Positions 1 through 8,269 of a stretch of 64,000 nt of DNA are shown in pieces; within the stretch, counting starts at the first letter, position 1, and each line of letters starts with the position of its first letter. The stretch spans positions 1-64,000 of the forward strand of contig CAXXJV010000001.1 in the NCBI GenBank assembly GCA_963663475.2, given 5' to 3'. This DNA comes from Candidatus Cloacimonadales bacterium. GTDB taxonomy: Bacteria; Cloacimonadota; Cloacimonadia; Cloacimonadales; JAFGVF01. The position numbers were made by a program, and so were the translations under genes. The notes under the pieces are model-generated. The model saw only the letters and a list, made by a program, of their open reading frames with translations. It was not told where the DNA came from and made no database searches.

Positions 1-10
1 ATCACTACCT

Positions 11-355
11 TTGAGAAAAACAGTCAGGAGAAAAGAGCCAATGGAAAGAAAAGCAGCAATAAGGCTGATTTGGCACAAAAGTAAAGACATGGGATGGACA
101 CCTGAAGAGCTTCATCAGCAGATAGGTAGTTTAAACATGGTTCGATTTGATAGGATAAGCTGTTGTTCAGGACGGGAGTTATCTCTAATCCTGAACCAGC
201 TTTTTCAGGTTCAAGCATTTGTGGCAGACAGTAAATCCGTAAGATATTTGAAGTATCTGTGTAAAGATAATGATAAAAAGGAGACCTTGAAAGGTATTCT
301 TAAGCGTTGGAAAAAGCAAAGTGTATATTGCTATATCGTTTTTAAAGGGAGATGA
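11..355 (+). CDS. GemA/DUF1018-like phage regulatory protein (start probably at MERKAAIRL)
   Basis: 'AIRLIWHKSKDMGWTPEELHQQIG...RISCCSGRELSLILNQL' resembles the Mu-like GemA/DUF1018 pattern. Confidence 0.5.
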   Translation: MRKTVRRKEPMERKAAIRLIWHKSKDMGWTPEELHQQIGSLNMVRFDRISCCSGRELSLILNQLFQVQAFVADSKSVRYLKYLCKDNDKKETLKGILKRWKKQSVYCYIVFKGR

Positions 356-490
356 GACTGGAGTTAGGAGTGAGGAGTTGAAGAGGCTCACCACAGAGAA
401 CACAGAGAAGAATTGAGAATTGAGAGTTGAGAGTTGAGAATTTCCTCACACGAAGACACGAAGACACGAAGAAAAAAAAGGAGTAAAATT

Positions 491-715
491 ATGACTATAT
501 TTTTATTATTCACCACGATGGTATTAGCAATAATGCTTACTTTATCATTTTTCGGTTCAACAGGCCGAATATCAGAATTAGAAGAGAAGAACTTTCTTTT
601 AAAGAGTGAGAACTATCAATTAAAGCAGAAGTTTAACCAATCACAAGACAAGCTAAAGCTTATAAAAGTTCAAGCTAAGAAATTGAGAAATATTCAGAAG
701 TATAGGGGGTGCTAA
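491..715 (+). CDS. Phage membrane-anchored coiled-coil protein
   Basis: AGGAG upstream of ATG 491; N-terminal hydrophobic helix then coiled coil; the ORF-track extension is repeat-derived. Confidence 0.6.
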   Translation: MTIFLLFTTMVLAIMLTLSFFGSTGRISELEEKNFLLKSENYQLKQKFNQSQDKLKLIKVQAKKLRNIQKYRGC

Positions 716-946
716 ATGGCTGCTTTGCATAAGGCATTAGTACAGAATGACGGTATATACTGTAATGGCACCTGGTATTATCATAAGGATATCTTAGTGA
801 AAATGGGCCAAGAGTGCCTGGTGGAGAAAACAGGATTAGGAGAAAGAGCTAATATTTATGATTTAGAAGGTGAGAGATGGGATGGCCAAGCCCAAGCCGT
901 GGTAACGGTGAGTGTTAAGCCTTTGAAGAGAGGAGTTAGGAAATGA
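716..946 (+). CDS. Small protein resembling a stand-alone Mu transposase C-terminal beta-barrel domain
   Basis: 'VQNDGIYCNGTWYYH...MGQECLVEK...ANIYDLEGE' matches the Mu_transpos_C pattern by eye. Confidence 0.45.
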   Translation: MAALHKALVQNDGIYCNGTWYYHKDILVKMGQECLVEKTGLGERANIYDLEGERWDGQAQAVVTVSVKPLKRGVRK

Positions 947-1179
947 AGTGCTTCACACGAAGGCACGAAGGCACGAAGAAGAAAAACCCCTTAACACAGA
1001 GTTTCACAGAGGTTAAGAGGAGTTTCACAGAGGTTTGAGAGTGGAAAGGATATGAAAAGCGTACTGGAATACGCATTTATACAATTTTAGATATTAACAA
1101 ATAAGTCAAGAAGAAATTAAGAATTAAAGAGAATGCGGGCAGGGATGCCCACGTTCCCAGTTAATTAAAGGAGAAAAAG

Positions 1180-1821
1180 ATGTTTAAGTTTTTAGAAGCA
1201 CGAAAAGAGGGAAACAAGACTATCTTAAGCGTTCCCAGATGTTTATATGAAGATTTTAGAAATGAAATAATGTTATTAATACATGGTAGTTTACTTATCG
1301 TTAATGATCATAAGGATTTCCAAAAACAGGTAGAAAAACTGGAAAGTTTTTTGAGTGGTTCGGATCTACATATTTCTCGAGATACTCTTTCGGTATATCT
1401 TGCTTACAGTAATTGTACGGAAATATATTTGACCACACACGGAGTAAAAAGGGGCTGTAAAATGAATGAAAAGGCCACAGCAGAAGCCATGAAAGATGTA
1501 TTTCGTGCTTCTGATATTCTAGAAGTTCTTGAGCATTTTTCTGAAAGCTTTGATCAAAGTCTCTTACCCGGGTCAGAGGGTCAGAGAAAGTGTAATGAAA
1601 GCACCAGATTGTGTAAAGAACCAGCTGAGCAAAGCGAGAAGAGGAAGTCTTTGCTTGAATTTCTGCGACGTGATCTGGATGAAGCGATGAAAGCTTTAAT
1701 ACAAACCGGACAGTATGCTTATATTTGGCAAGAGAATCTAATAGAGCTGTTTCGCCCGACACTAAACATAATTGATAAAGATGTTCCACCTGCTTCTCAG
1801 ATAGAAGTGAAGATAGTTTAG
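1180..1821 (+). CDS. Phage hypothetical protein (possibly two fused units; internal RBS-like AGGGG before MNEKAT)
   Basis: AAGGAG RBS, 213 aa ORF co-directional with the early operon. Confidence 0.55.
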   Translation: MFKFLEARKEGNKTILSVPRCLYEDFRNEIMLLIHGSLLIVNDHKDFQKQVEKLESFLSGSDLHISRDTLSVYLAYSNCTEIYLTTHGVKRGCKMNEKATAEAMKDVFRASDILEVLEHFSESFDQSLLPGSEGQRKCNESTRLCKEPAEQSEKRKSLLEFLRRDLDEAMKALIQTGQYAYIWQENLIELFRPTLNIIDKDVPPASQIEVKIV

Positions 1822-1867
1822 TAATAGCTTCAGCAACCCGCATTAGGTTGAGTTCATGTTGTTTCAT
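1301..1867 (-). CDS. Antisense hypothetical protein overlapping 1180-1821
   Basis: AGGAGG RBS before the ATG and a TTGACT element upstream; 188 aa. Confidence 0.5.
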   Translation of the reverse strand: MKQHELNLMRVAEAITKLSSLLSEKQVEHLYQLCLVSGETALLDSLAKYKHTVRFVLKLSSLHPDHVAEIQAKTSSSRFAQLVLYTIWCFHYTFSDPLTRVRDFDQSFQKNAQELLEYQKHEIHLSWLLLWPFHSFYSPFLLRVWSNIFPYNYCKQDIPKEYLEKYVDPNHSKNFPVFLPVFGNPYDH

Positions 1868-1940
1868 GGGTTCCTCCTAAAGGTAAATTTACAAATAAAT
1901 ACAAGTATTAACAAATAAGTCAAGGAAAAAGGAGAAAAAG

Positions 1941-2213
1941 ATGAAACCTAGAGTGATAATCCATTTAGAGTGTGATAGTGTATTAAGAGAACCTAAAGTA
2001 GTTAAAGCCTTGGAAGATTTAGGAATCGAAATAACAGGGACAGCTTATAATCCAACAAGTAAAGTTGATGTGACGATACAGAAAGAATTAACCCTTGAAA
2101 TGGCTCACAAGAAGATTGAGAGCATGTTCGAGGGGCTCCCACCCTCTAAAGTAGCCAATATACTAAGTTATATTGCTGATGAGCTAAGAGCTGATACGAG
2201 GTTTAAACTATGA
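1941..2213 (+). CDS. Phage hypothetical protein
   Basis: AAGGAG RBS; stop overlaps next start. Confidence 0.7.
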   Translation: MKPRVIIHLECDSVLREPKVVKALEDLGIEITGTAYNPTSKVDVTIQKELTLEMAHKKIESMFEGLPPSKVANILSYIADELRADTRFKL

Positions 2214-2503
2214 AATACTATGAAATAATAGACCCTAAAGTAAAAGAAATGACTATACAAGGCATATTAGGGTCTTGTAACAAGTTAAATTTTACCGAAG
2301 AGATGCTTGAAATAGTCAAGAATATATCAGTCAGCCTGGTTCCAAAAGATAAAGGTACTTTATTAATTACAGCCTGCTTTCCTTCCAGACGGGTATTAGT
2401 AAAATCAGATACTCTACCAGTTAAAAATGCTGATGATCAAATTGAAATAAGCAAAGAAGAGTATGATGCTTTGGTGGAAGTAGATCACCTGGAGGAAGAG
2501 TGA
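2210..2503 (+). CDS. Phage hypothetical protein
   Basis: ATGA coupling with the previous ORF. Confidence 0.7.
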   Translation: MKYYEIIDPKVKEMTIQGILGSCNKLNFTEEMLEIVKNISVSLVPKDKGTLLITACFPSRRVLVKSDTLPVKNADDQIEISKEEYDALVEVDHLEEE

Positions 2504-2715
2504 AAGAACAAAGGAAATATGTATGGAAAATCAAGTATAAAGGTGGTAATGGAGACTATATAGAAGTAAGTGTTATTGCATCAGGTTTTGAAGCATTAGC
2601 AAAGTGGTTGTACCGGAGAATATGGGTAAACAATGTAATAACCATTTCCTTAGATAAAGAAATATTGGAGCTTGTTGATGAAGACTCTGATATACTACAA
2701 TTAGATAACAATTAA
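2500..2715 (+). CDS. Phage hypothetical protein
   Basis: GGAGG RBS, GTGA coupling. Confidence 0.65.
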   Translation: MKEQRKYVWKIKYKGGNGDYIEVSVIASGFEALAKWLYRRIWVNNVITISLDKEILELVDEDSDILQLDNN

Positions 2716-2761
2716 CCACCCCGCCTATACAGGCATCAAAGAGTTGTCAAAGGAGACAAGT

Positions 2762-3376
2762 ATGAATAACGAACAATTTATGGAGTTAAGTCCTGAAGAA
2801 AGATTTGAAGCAATCAGGAAGCTCTTAGGAAAGATGGAACTTAGTATGGTAGAGACAGGTAATCTGCTCTCTGAGATTAAGAGAATGCGAACATACAAAA
2901 TAAAGGGTTATAAGAGCTTTAGAGAGTTTACTGAAGCTGAGTATAACCTACCCGGTAGAGTGGCCAATTCTTTAACTAAGATGTATGACTTCTTTATTAG
3001 AGAGATGAACCTGGATGAAGATACTATCAATAAGGTTGGTTTTGATAAGTTGGAGTTAATCCACCCAATAGTAAAAGATACAAGTTATGAAGTTCAGGAG
3101 GAGTGGGTAAAAACAGCTGAAGACCTTACATATCCTGAGTTAAATGAGAAAGTAAAAGAGATAAAGGTAAAAGCCCGGGAAGAAGCAAAGACCTTAAAAG
3201 ATGTCTTAGTAGAACAATATTTTGAGAACATGCTGGGTTACTTTAACTGCTCTAAGAGAGAATTAAGTTATAAGTTAGCTCTCTATTTCCAGGATATGGA
3301 CTTGCAGGAAGTTAATGAAGTGATCAGGAAGCAACAGAGGAAGTTTGAGGAAGAGGTAGAAAAGTCTTCACACTAA
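2762..3376 (+). CDS. Helical phage protein, DUF3102-like
   Basis: AAGGAG before MNNEQF; 'ETGNLLSEIK...GYKSFREFTEAEYNLPGRVANSL' pattern. Confidence 0.55.
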   Translation: MNNEQFMELSPEERFEAIRKLLGKMELSMVETGNLLSEIKRMRTYKIKGYKSFREFTEAEYNLPGRVANSLTKMYDFFIREMNLDEDTINKVGFDKLELIHPIVKDTSYEVQEEWVKTAEDLTYPELNEKVKEIKVKAREEAKTLKDVLVEQYFENMLGYFNCSKRELSYKLALYFQDMDLQEVNEVIRKQQRKFEEEVEKSSH

Positions 3377-3478
3377 TTAACACGAATTTAAGCAAATTAA
3401 CACGAATTAAGAAATACCCTTAACACAGAGTTTCACAGAGGTTAAGAGGAGTTTCACAGAGTTTTAAGAGAGGAGAAT

Positions 3479-3589
3479 ATGAAAAAAGGAATCAAACACA
3501 ATGAAATAAGCAAAATAGCTAAAGAACTAAGAGGTTCAAGAGCCGAAAGAAGAAGAGAAGCGAAAAAGATAATAAAGAGAGGTAAATAA
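3479..3589 (+). CDS. Small basic phage protein, 36 aa (MKKGIKHNEISKIAKELRGSRAERRREAKKIIKRGK); not in ORF track
   Basis: GAGGAG RBS; TAA overlaps the ATG of the DUF3164 gene. Confidence 0.6.
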   Translation: MKKGIKHNEISKIAKELRGSRAERRREAKKIIKRGK

Positions 3590-4200
3590 TGGCAAAAGAG
3601 ATTAAAGAAGGAAAGAGTGTATATTGGGTCGATGGAGAAGGATATAAGGTTCCTGTAAAGTATATCAGTAAAGATGATCAGGCCCGTGATGAGTTAGTGT
3701 GTAAAGTTATAAGTGATGTTATTGCACTTCAGAAGCAGATAGCAGAGTTTAGAGTAGATGTCTTCAGAGTAGTGGATAATCATTTAAACAAGGTTGCCCA
3801 TCAACATGGTGAAGACTGGCGAGGCAATGCCTGGATTTATGATTTTTCTAAGGAGAAAGCCATCGAGGTTAAGATCAATAAGAGATTAGCTTTTGATGAA
3901 CGCCTCCAATTAGCCAAAACTAAGATAGATAACTATATCAAAGGACTTGTGAAACAATCAGGTAAAGAGATAGTTATGCTTATTAATAAGGCCTTTAATG
4001 TCGATAAAAGAGGCAATGTAGATGTTCAGCAGATTTTAGGATTGAGACAACTAAAAATCGAACATCCGGAATGGCAAGAAGCTATGGCCTTGATAGATGA
4101 AGCAACCCAGGTAGAATCTACCAAGAAATATCTTACCTTTAAGGTTAAGGATGATACTGGGGAATGGAATACTATCAGCTTGAACTTTTCAGCACTGTAA
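3589..4200 (+). CDS. DUF3164 family protein, typical of Mu-like transposable phages
   Basis: 'YWVDGEGYKVP...ARDELV...FDERLQLAKTKIDNYI...AFNVDKRG...ILGLRQLKIEHPEWQEAM...KKYLTF...ISLNFSAL'. Confidence 0.9.
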   Translation: MAKEIKEGKSVYWVDGEGYKVPVKYISKDDQARDELVCKVISDVIALQKQIAEFRVDVFRVVDNHLNKVAHQHGEDWRGNAWIYDFSKEKAIEVKINKRLAFDERLQLAKTKIDNYIKGLVKQSGKEIVMLINKAFNVDKRGNVDVQQILGLRQLKIEHPEWQEAMALIDEATQVESTKKYLTFKVKDDTGEWNTISLNFSAL

Positions 4201-4262
4201 GAGAAGACTTTTACACGAATTTAAACGAATTTAAACCAATTAACACGAATTAGGAGAAGATA

Positions 4263-4577
4263 ATGAATGATAAAATAAAAACTATTGATGATGAAATAGA
4301 TGAAATGATAGAAAATGCAAAAAGTGCAAGCCCGGTTAATAAGGAGGACTTGCACTTGGTTTCTGATGAAGAGTTAAGTTCTCTTGAGATAAAGAACAGG
4401 AGAATCCGCAAAACTGTTGATGTAGCAACAGATAGAATTCTTAAAACCCTTCATGCTTTGTTAGATGATGGACTTCATCACGAGGCGTCCAAGCTCATCT
4501 TTCACGTTGAAATACCCTTTGTAAAGAAAGGCGTTGGCAAGCCTATCCTTAGCTATAAGGTAGAGAATAACAGCTAA
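4263..4577 (+). CDS. Phage hypothetical protein
   Basis: AGGAG RBS, 104 aa. Confidence 0.65.
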   Translation: MNDKIKTIDDEIDEMIENAKSASPVNKEDLHLVSDEELSSLEIKNRRIRKTVDVATDRILKTLHALLDDGLHHEASKLIFHVEIPFVKKGVGKPILSYKVENNS

Positions 4578-4832
4578 ATCAATATCCTGAGAGGCAATTT
4601 TACGAATCTTGTATGAACAGGCTTCTGGAGAAAAAACTTTAAAAATACTTGATAAGATTTCAGTTTGTTCAGATATAACCGATTGTTCAATAGATTCATA
4701 CTTTTTGCCTCTCGCTTTTTTTATGACTTCTTCAGGAAATATATACTTTAGAAAAGCCTTAGCGAGTTTTTTCTGATTAGTTTCGTAGTAGTAGAAGTCA
4801 AAGTTACCTTTATAATGAAAGGTTTCGTGCAT
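4461..4832 (-). CDS. Antisense moron-like hypothetical protein
   Basis: AGGAGG RBS; TTGACA and TATAAT-like elements upstream on the minus strand (4853-4889). Confidence 0.6.
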   Translation of the reverse strand: MHETFHYKGNFDFYYYETNQKKLAKAFLKYIFPEEVIKKARGKKYESIEQSVISEQTEILSSIFKVFSPEACSYKIRKIASQDIDLAVILYLIAKDRLANAFLYKGYFNVKDELGRLVMKSII

Positions 4833-4908
4833 AATAGCCTCCTTTGGAATTAATTATACCAATAATCGAAGGATAAGCTAATAATGTCAAGTTTTTCAAG
4901 GAGAGAAG

Positions 4909-5121
4909 ATGTCTATAATGCTTTGGAAATATTATCTACTGGGCTTATTTATTGTTTTAGGATATGGAAGATTATCAAAAAGTGTAATATGTTATCATTT
5001 TTTAATAATGCTTATGTTTCCTATATTAGTGGTAATCCACTGCCTGAAGATAATAATTCTCTATATAAAAGCATATTGTCCAAAATATGAAATAAGATTT
5101 ATCCCGGAGAAAAGAAAATGA
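4909..5121 (+). CDS. Small phage membrane protein
   Basis: AGGAG RBS, two hydrophobic segments, ATGA coupling to the next gene. Confidence 0.55.
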   Translation: MSIMLWKYYLLGLFIVLGYGRLSKSVICYHFLIMLMFPILVVIHCLKIIILYIKAYCPKYEIRFIPEKRK

Positions 5122-5792
5122 CCAACAGAGAGTTATATATCAAAGCTGTAGAGTTAGTAGGTAAGGAAGTAATGGAAGTCAAGCAGAGGCAGTTCTTACA
5201 GAGGATAATTAAGAAGAACCAAGCCCCTAAATCCCCTAAAGGGGACTTTGATAAGATGGGAATGAAGAATGAGATATACCAGGAAATAATCACTTATTTA
5301 AATAACCTGTCAGGTAAACAATTTCGTTGGAATACTCCAGAGACTAAAGCTTTAATCAGAGCCAGATTAAACGAAGGTTTTACAGTAAAAGAATTTAAAC
5401 AGGTTATAGATATTAAGTGTAAGCAATGGCTGACAAATGAGTATTTTAAATTCTTAAGGCCGAAGACTCTTTTTGGTACTAAATTTGAGGGTTATCTGCA
5501 AGAATGGATAGTCTTTAAGAAGAAAGAAGAATATCAAAGGAAAGAGCTCGAGAAAGCTAGGAGGATTGAGAGAGGACTTCCTGATGAAACTATTACTCCG
5601 GAAGAGTTGAAAAAACAAGAAGAGTGGAGAAAGCAAAGTAAAGAGCTCTTAGCTAAAGCTAGTGAAGAGGATTATAAGACCTTTTATAAGCAATTAAAGC
5701 CACCTTTTAAAGACATGGCCTATAAAAGGGGATTGAAGGATAATCTTGTGAAGTTGTATTATATTCAGTGGTTAAAAATGAATAAAGACTGA
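5118..5792 (+). CDS. Phage protein with conserved Phg_2220_C-like (replication-initiator C-terminal) domain
   Basis: 'IITYLNNLSGKQF...LIRARLNEGFTVKEFKQVIDIKCKQW...FLRPKTLFGTKFEGYL'. Confidence 0.8.
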   Translation: MTNRELYIKAVELVGKEVMEVKQRQFLQRIIKKNQAPKSPKGDFDKMGMKNEIYQEIITYLNNLSGKQFRWNTPETKALIRARLNEGFTVKEFKQVIDIKCKQWLTNEYFKFLRPKTLFGTKFEGYLQEWIVFKKKEEYQRKELEKARRIERGLPDETITPEELKKQEEWRKQSKELLAKASEEDYKTFYKQLKPPFKDMAYKRGLKDNLVKLYYIQWLKMNKD

Positions 5793-5972
5793 AGAGTTAG
5801 GAGTTAGGAGTTAGGAGTTTAAGAGGCTCACACGAAGGCACGAAGACACGAAGAAGAAGACCAGTTGTCGGAAGTCGCTACTTCGTGAGCAAGACCTGTC
5901 ATTAGAGTAATTAGTGTAATTAGCCTGGGTTGGCATAGCTTTAGCGACGCCACCTGGATAGATTAAAAGGAG

Positions 5973-7457
5973 TTGAAGATGAGTAGGTTCGCCAAGATAT
6001 TAGCAATTAGTAGAATAGCTAAAAAAACAGGTAATAATGGCCTTTCCAAAAAAGACCAGGAGAAGTTGTTTAATGCCCTGGTAAAAGATATTACCACCCC
6101 GCCCAGGGGCACCCCTCCACAGAGGGGAATTAAAAAGAGCAATCTTTCTAATTTTACCAAAGTGGCAGAAGAGATAATGGGAGATAATCCCCAAGTAACA
6201 AAGTCTTATACAAAATTAGTAGAGAAATGGATAGAGCCTTATTCAGCAGGGCAAAAGCAGCTAATATTCAGTCAATACCAATCCTTTAGTCAAACAGCTT
6301 GGTTTCGTTCTTTAACTAATGACTATGTGTCTAATCTGCAAGGAAGAGGAGTTACTAAGGTTCAAATCTTGGCTTATATGGATGACAGAACAACCGAGAT
6401 ATGCCAGGCCATGCACGGAAGAGTCTTTGATATATCTTCTTATAGCATTGACCCTGATTTTGTTACTTATGAGAAGATTGAGTCTATGGGTTATGGAAGT
6501 ATGCCAACTAAAGATATGAAGGTAATGCTACCTCCTTATCATTTTAATTGCAGGACTACTTTTGTTACTTATGAAGAGGCGACTAATGATTTCGATAAAA
6601 TCAAACAGAAAATATATGATGTAGAAAGTTTAACAAGCAAAGATGTTAAAACGATTATGGAGCCTCTCAAGGGGGCTGAATGGCTTAATAAATCAAAAGA
6701 GAGCCAGCACTATCAGAAGCATGGGATTGACCAAGGCTTAAGCAGAGAGAAATACAAGCAACAAATTATTGACAGTTTACAAGACAATGATAATATGTAC
6801 TTGGCAGTTAATAAAGGTAACAAAAACCTTACTTTAACAACGGTTAAATATCATCATCTAAGTGATAAAGGTGTTAAAAAATACCTATTTACTATCTTCC
6901 TGGTTAAAGAAGGCAAGGTTGTTACCAGTCATCTTAAGCCAGAGAATGAAGTTTTGCCAAAGGTTAAAGATAAGGCAATAAAAGTTGTTAGTATTAATAA
7001 TGGTAAGCAAAGAATAATAAAGGAAGCTATCATGAAAAAAGAAGATTATTGGAACAGGCATAACTCTTATGACAGCATTATAGCAGAGGTTGAGGATAAC
7101 AAGAAGTGGGGTAATTATCCTCTCAACTGCCTTGTTACCTGGTACCAATATGTACCCAGTGAGTTAGAAGATGATGAAGACTGGCATTGGGAATTAGATA
7201 GATCTATTCCTGCCCGTTATGATATTCATATCCTGCTGATGAATGACTATAACTTCACCCAGGAAGAAAGAAACTTAATAGAGAGAACTGATAAAAAACT
7301 CTTAGATAACATTGATTATTACTTTAAGAAGATTAAAGTTATAAGCCCAGATGAACTGGCAGAGTTTTTGATTTGGTTGCAGGAAGCGAGAGAAGCAGAG
7401 AAGAAAGAAGAGTCTCACACGAAGACACTAAGCCACGAAGAAAACACAAAAAAATAA
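5973..7457 (+). CDS. MuF (Mu gp30/SPP1 gp7-like minor head) protein with C-terminal putative BECR-fold RNase toxin and fused immunity-like domain
   Basis: MuF motifs 'MDDRTTEICQAMHGRVF' and 'PPYHFNCRT'; 'HYQKHG...Y...GKVVTSH' toxin-like tip; in-frame ATG at 7032 preceded by AAGGAAG. Confidence 0.8.
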   Translation: MKMSRFAKILAISRIAKKTGNNGLSKKDQEKLFNALVKDITTPPRGTPPQRGIKKSNLSNFTKVAEEIMGDNPQVTKSYTKLVEKWIEPYSAGQKQLIFSQYQSFSQTAWFRSLTNDYVSNLQGRGVTKVQILAYMDDRTTEICQAMHGRVFDISSYSIDPDFVTYEKIESMGYGSMPTKDMKVMLPPYHFNCRTTFVTYEEATNDFDKIKQKIYDVESLTSKDVKTIMEPLKGAEWLNKSKESQHYQKHGIDQGLSREKYKQQIIDSLQDNDNMYLAVNKGNKNLTLTTVKYHHLSDKGVKKYLFTIFLVKEGKVVTSHLKPENEVLPKVKDKAIKVVSINNGKQRIIKEAIMKKEDYWNRHNSYDSIIAEVEDNKKWGNYPLNCLVTWYQYVPSELEDDEDWHWELDRSIPARYDIHILLMNDYNFTQEERNLIERTDKKLLDNIDYYFKKIKVISPDELAEFLIWLQEAREAEKKEESHTKTLSHEENTKK

Positions 7458-7467
7458 AGGAGTTATT

Positions 7468-8013
7468 ATGAGAAAGTTAGTATTTATAGTGTGTTTGGTA
7501 TTGTCGTTAATCCAATTAAATGCCAAAAATGATGTTATAAGTCATACTGAGTTTGGCTGTACCTTGGGGCATTCAATAAACCAAAGAGGCTATACTGCTT
7601 CAGCATATCTGTTTAGCCGAAGTAAGTACAGTTCTAAATTTTCTCCATTTATAAAAGTTCTAATCGACTACAAAGGCGAACCTAAAGGTGTACTTATAGA
7701 AGATGAACCTTTTAGTTGGTGGGTTGATACAGGTAGAGAACTATATGAAAAACATATTATTTCTATTGGGAATGTTTATACTATAGACAGAAAATGCAGA
7801 TATAAATTTGTTCCTTACTTAGGTTTTGGCTTTAAAGAAAATTTTATTCAGTGGGATTCATCCATTGGAGAGGTATTTTATTCTTCAAAATCTATTAATA
7901 CTCTTGGTGAAGCTGGAGTAGATTTTCTGTTTGTGTATAAGCAATTACTTATTTCATTAGGTATTTCTGCTCAGGCAGGAGCTAATCTGGGGGTTGGATT
8001 TAGGTACTATTAA
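7468..8013 (+). CDS. Outer-membrane beta-barrel-like protein with signal peptide (phage moron)
   Basis: Signal peptide MRKLVFIVCLVLSLIQLNA, alternating beta-strands, aromatic C-terminus 'LGVGFRYY'. Confidence 0.65.
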   Translation: MRKLVFIVCLVLSLIQLNAKNDVISHTEFGCTLGHSINQRGYTASAYLFSRSKYSSKFSPFIKVLIDYKGEPKGVLIEDEPFSWWVDTGRELYEKHIISIGNVYTIDRKCRYKFVPYLGFGFKENFIQWDSSIGEVFYSSKSINTLGEAGVDFLFVYKQLLISLGISAQAGANLGVGFRYY

Positions 8014-8148
8014 AAAATATCTTGACAGCGTGTAAAACACTGCACCCCTCATGGCAGTGAAGATGATATTAACGCAGGAATGATAGCTATAGTTCTTCGT
8101 GAACTATCTGATGAGGTAACTAAAGATTTGTTTCAATCCTAAATAATC

Positions 8149-8181
8149 AAAGAGCAGGCATCAAAACCTGCTCTTTTTTTT
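8149..8181 (+). terminator. Rho-independent terminator
   Basis: AGAGCAGG-CATCAAAA-CCTGCTCT followed by a T run. Confidence 0.75.
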
Positions 8182-8269
8182 GCTTAAAATTATCTAAACT
8201 GCAATTTAATTTCTCAATCTTAGAACTAAAGGCGTATTCAATACGCCCCTACATTCTCAATTCTCAATT

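Noticed and set aside
8108-8150. Hammerhead ribozyme (CTGATGAG)
   Set aside because: No stem II followed by GAAA in the required position
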